64,000 nucleotides of DNA. Origin: Mobula hypostoma (lineage: Eukaryota). The position numbers were made by a program, and so were the translations under genes. The stretch spans positions 22,134,001 to 22,198,000 of the forward strand of contig NC_086101.1 in the NCBI RefSeq assembly GCF_963921235.1, in the 5' to 3' direction. The notes under the pieces are model-generated. The model had not been told where the DNA came from. It saw only the letters and a program-made list of their open reading frames with translations, and did not search any database. Below are positions 59,729 through 64,000 of this stretch, piece by piece. Every line of letters starts with the position of its first letter. Within the stretch, counting starts at the first letter, position 1.

Positions 59729-59760
59729 AATAAATCAAAAACTGTAAAGAATTAAATAAA
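59729..59760 (+). other. Candidate polyadenylation signals of the IgV-5TM gene
   Basis: AATAAA at 59729 and 59755, at the end of an AT-rich tract about 1.1 kb after the stop. Confidence 0.3.
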
Positions 59761-59779
59761 ATATAACTATTTATTTACC

Positions 59780-60340
59780 CCGAAGGAAATTATTGTTGCA
59801 GGGTTACTCAGTCAGACATTTATTCTTTAAAATACAAAATGTAAGCATTGAGGTACAAATAAATACAAAATGTGCATTAAAAAGTAATGGTGTAAAATAC
59901 CGATGTGCGATGAAATCATGTTCTTGAGGAGTTGTAGAGTCTCATAGTCACAGGGAGAAAGGATCTCCTGTGATGTTCAGTGGTTCACCTCACTGGAATC
60001 AGTCCGTTACTAAAGGTGCTCCCCTCCCTGTCCAGTGCGTCACGGAGGGGGTGACAGGGATTGTCCATAATGCTCCGTAGCATCTACAGCATCCTCCTCT
60101 CGGATACAACCACTGAGGAATCCAGTTCCACCCCCAGAACAGAACCAGCCTTCCAGCTTATTGATCTTCTTGGCATCAGTTGCTCTCACCCCAGCAGAAT
60201 GCGGAATGAGCAGAGCCTCCTCCGGAACTACAGTCAGCTCTGTCCCTTCCTGTACAGAGCCTCTGTATTTTTAGTCCAGTCCAGTTTATTGTCCAGGTGA
60301 GTTCCCGGGTATCTGTAGTCCCGGATGAATTCCACATCTG
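59780..60340 (-). mobile_element. Rex1/L2-type LINE 3' fragment
   Basis: Antisense similarity to the 3' region of 14235-16645 (stop region, activity of ctggactgg-type linker, 3' UTR). Confidence 0.5.
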
Positions 60341-60783
60341 TTCCCTTGATGGAGATGGGAATGCAGGGTGTTCTCACCTTCAGAAGTCCACCACCAACTT
60401 GTTTGTCTTAGTGATTCAAATAGGATTAAAAAGATTAGCTTTATTTGTCACATCGATATTGAAACATCAGAAATGTGTTGCTTGCTTCAAATCTGTGCAG
60501 TCACAGGGAAAACACAGACTCCTTATAGACAGTGGCAGGAATTGAACCCCAATCACGATTGCTAGCGTTGTAAAGCGTTAGGCTAATCGCCACTCTAGTG
60601 TGCTGCCTATGGAGATGCCACGTTCATAACACCGTCCAATAAAATAATCTTCCCATACATTTGCAGTGTTAGTACACTATGTAAAAGTGGTACTAATGTC
60701 ACACATGTAGATACTCTCAGGAATCTGAGAGGCTTTTACACAAAACTCAGCACCACGATGTTTACTGGAAGTCCCCACAATAC

Positions 60784-60872
60784 CTTTGCATTGCTTAAGC
60801 CAATCTCCAGTGCAAACCTCAGCACACACATTAACACAGTGACCTGGGTTAGCAATACACCTTTTGGGGGGC
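60784..60872 (-). CDS. Candidate internal exon of the convergent gene: PPKRCIANPGHCVNVCAEVCTGDWLKQCK
   Basis: ttcaatttccag acceptor; AAAG|GTATTG donor; 89 bp, phase 2 to 1; non-repetitive sequence. Confidence 0.4.
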
Positions 60873-61454
60873 CTGGAAATTGAATATATCACTAAACCGG
60901 TATTTACTTGGAACAGTGGTAGTGGTGGTGGGGGAGCTTAGGCCTGAGGGTCAGCCTCTTGTGTTCGTAACGGAGCCCCCGTGAAATTGGGTGTGCACAG
61001 GGTTGCATCGGGGTGGGGTAGGGGGAATTAGTGCAGAGGGGGAGTGCAGTCAGTGTTCTCCTGGGCTTTCTGTGGTTCGGGTAGGCCTCAGGAACCATCT
61101 AAAATCCTACCCAGTGTTCAGTGTAAGACATGTGAATTGACTGCAACAAACAGGAGTTGTATGTCACTGAAAAGGTAGAAATAATGTTGATGGAACTATG
61201 GAAGAAGAAGAGGTGCTGCATTTGAAGGGGGGGGGGGTGGGTGGAGAGCCTGTGCCCAGTAAATAGGGATTGGAGTAAGCAAAGGGTTTTTCATGGGTGA
61301 ATGGTAATGTATGTCTACGGCAGGGATGATGAACAGATGGTGTGTGTGTGTCCAATGTGGCACATGCAAAGATTGTTAGCATGTGGTATGCAGTACAGCC
61401 CCTCAATTCTTTTGACTGCTTTGTTGGTTTCAATCTGTTTCTGATATACGTTGA

Positions 61455-61712
61455 CAAACGAGAAAATCTGCAGATGCTGGAAATCTGAGCAACAGACACA
61501 AAATGCTGGAGTAACTCAGCAGGCCAGGCAGCACCCGTCGAAAAGAGTACAGCTGACGTTTCGGGCTGAAACCCTTCAGCAGGACTAGAGGACTTAAACT
61601 TCCTCAGGGTAGGCATCCCTGGAAGAAGGGTTTCAGCCCGAAATGTTGACTGTACTCTTTTCCTAGATGCTGCCTGGCCTGCTGAATTCCTCCAGCATTT
61701 TGTGTGTGTCGC
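61455..61712. mobile_element. Inverted pair of Penelope pLTR fragments
   Basis: Minus hammerhead-like motif 61551-61586 (CTGCTGA variant) and plus partial motif from 61624; flanks are mutually complementary. Confidence 0.65.
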
Positions 61713-62159
61713 TCTGATTTACTTTTATTAATTTAGTTAATTAACTTATTTTAATTTATAGAAATGATGAAGGCCTGTAGAGTATTGTTCCTGTTGGCAC
61801 TGGGATCAGTGGATAGGGAAGGGGGTACTTGACAGAGGGATTGGTTTTAGGAAGCAAAGTTCGATTTCACAGGACACCTCAAGTGGGACCAGGCGAGGGG
61901 GTGGATTTCACATAGACACCCAACCCATCGGGCAACAGTAATGCCACAAGGACGCAGGGGAGAAGGGAGAACTCGAGCACCTTAGTGAGAAGAGAGTGGG
62001 CCGATAGAAATGATGTATTGGGGAAGCAAGCTTCAGGAAAAATCAGGGCCCAGTAAATACCTAAAGGAGGGAGAGATGGAGAAGGTGGCTGAGTAAAATA
62101 TAAGAGCAATAAACCGGTTATAGCCAGAGACTCAAATGTTCTTCAGGAAAACACAATAA

Positions 62160-62910
62160 AGATCATAAGATATAGGAGCAGATTAGGCCATTCAGCCCCT
62201 CGGGTCTGCTCCACAATTCCATCATGCTGATTTATTCTCCCTCCCAACCCCATTCTCCCGCCTTCTCACCGTAACCTTTGATGCCTTGATTAATCAGGAA
62301 CCTATCAACCTCCACCTTAAATATACCCAATGACATGGCCTGCACAGCCTTCTGTGGCAATGAATTCGCAGATTCACCACCCTCATCTCTCTTGTAAATG
62401 GACGTTCCTCAATTCTATGCCCCCGTCCTCAGATTGCCCCACTATTGGAAACATCCTCTCCACATACAGTCTAGCTAGGCCTTTCAACAGTCAATAAGAT
62501 TCAATGTGATCACCCTCATTCATTTGAATTCCAGTGAGTACAGGCCCTCATGTGTTCACACTTTTGATCATTCTCATGAACCTCCTCTGGACCCCCTCCA
62601 ATGCAGCTCCTCTTTTCTTAGATAGAGGTGTAAACATGATGAGAGGCATTGATCGTGTGGATAGTCAGAGGCTTTTTCCCAGGGCTGAAATGGTTGCCAC
62701 AAGAGGACACAGGTTTAAGGTGCTGGGGAGTAGGTATAGAGGAGATGTCGGGGTAAGATTTTTACTCGGAGAGTGGTGAGTGCGTGGAATGGGCTGCCGG
62801 CAACGGTGGTGGAGGTGGATATGATAGGGTCTTTTAAGAGACTTTTGGATAGGTACATGGAGCTTAGTAAAATAGAGGGCTATAGGTAAGCCTAGTAATT
62901 TCTAAGGCTC
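62160..62910. mobile_element. Two CR1 3' fragments in opposite orientation
   Basis: Minus 62160-62620; plus 62630-62910 nearly identical to 20510-20780. Confidence 0.8.
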
Positions 62911-63218
62911 TATGGCATGTGTAAAGGTTTTGTTGGCACACAGCAGTGCCTCAATACTGTTGATTGCTCTGTTTGTTTCCTTCAGTCTCTGTAATACTAT
63001 TTTATCAATAGTCAAATAATGAATACAATAAATAAGCTTCGGGGCTCACCCCTTTTCCTTAAAGTACATAATTATTGTTACTAATTAACTCAGTAATGAT
63101 AATCTCTGCTCAGAGTTACAAATTCTCTTTAGGAGTCTATTGTCAATTTATGCACACATTCCGAAAAGGGTTTCCCACCCCTGCCCTCGGGAGTATTCAG
63201 AAGAGTCACCGGCAAAGG

Positions 63219-63305
63219 ATGAAGGGTCTCGGCCCGAAACGTCGACTGCACCTCTTCCTAGAGATGCTGCCTGGCCTGCTGCGTTCACCAGCAACTTTGA
63301 TGTGT
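63219..63305 (+). mobile_element. 87-bp Penelope pLTR mini-insertion
   Basis: Perfect 14-bp TSD gtcaccggcaaagg at 63205-63218 and 63306-63319; the insert starts inside the hammerhead core (ATGA...GAAACGTCGACTG). Confidence 0.85.
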
Positions 63306-64000
63306 GTCACCGGCAAAGGTGTCGAATTTTCAGCCTCACTACTGCCCTCTGCAGGGTGAGCTGTGTGACTGGGTAAAATGCACCGGGTGCAACTTGCCGG
63401 CTTGTCAGATTCCTGGCGGTCATCGAGACAGTGCTCACCCTGAGCTGGACTTCCCCAAACTTTTCCAGTCTTATCTCAGGATCAGGTTCATCATTACTGA
63501 CATGCGTATGTTGTGAAATAAGGTGTTTTGCAGCATCAGCACTGTGCAAGATATTTTAAGAAGTTACAATATGAAATATTAAAAAATAAACAATTGCTTC
63601 AATAAAGTACATTGAGTGTGGGTCTTCAGGCTCCTGTACTTTCCGATGGTAGTACTGAGAAGAGGGCGTATCCCGCCCGGGTGGTGAGCGTCCTTAATGA
63701 TGGATGCTGCTTTCCTGAGGCATCGCATTTTGAAGGTGTTCTAAATGGTGGGTGGCTAGTGTCCCCGATGGAGCTAACGCGATTTGCTTCAGTCAGAAAT
63801 CACTTTCAAGCACTCTGCAATTCATGTTCTCAGTATTCATCTATCTACCTATGGTTCCCAAGGCTGTCATAGCCGGGGTTGGTAGTGGGGATAATCTCCC
63901 ACTACCTATAAAGTGCTCCAAATGCTGTGCGACTCTAACAGCCGCTGACAACCAAGTCCAGCTCTTGGCCTTCACGTGTGGCTCAGCTACTCATGCCGGT

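Noticed and set aside
63860-64000. Possible structured RNA or ribozyme at the window end
   Set aside because: Looks like the start of an RTE-type repeat truncated by the window edge; I could not build a convincing fold.

Overview
Eukaryotic, repeat-dense DNA. The mix of CR1, Rex1/Babar, Penelope, Tc1, Tigger, hAT and HE1-like SINE repeats points to a cartilaginous fish (ray or shark), and most of the window is nested, decayed transposable elements. Hidden among them, and mostly missed by the ORF track, is a complete plus-strand multi-exon gene spanning about 8.6-58.6 kb whose splice phases all join in frame. It has a signal-peptide exon, three tandemly duplicated cysteine-free IgV exons, five exons each encoding one transmembrane helix, an optional loop exon and two short cytoplasmic-tail exons. 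This gives an IgV + 5-TM receptor with CD47-like architecture but CD2/SLAM/CEACAM-like V domains. The three V exons are phase 1-1 cassettes. Copies 2 and 3 differ about 6.6% in the exon, mostly non-synonymously, versus about 1% in the flanking intron, suggesting a diversifying and possibly alternatively spliced ligand-binding module. Penelope terminal repeats carry many minimal hammerhead-ribozyme motifs, often as inverted pairs. Weaker candidates exist for a divergent gene at the 5' CpG island and a convergent gene overlapping the 3' end. All alignments and counts were done by eye; TE boundaries are approximate.
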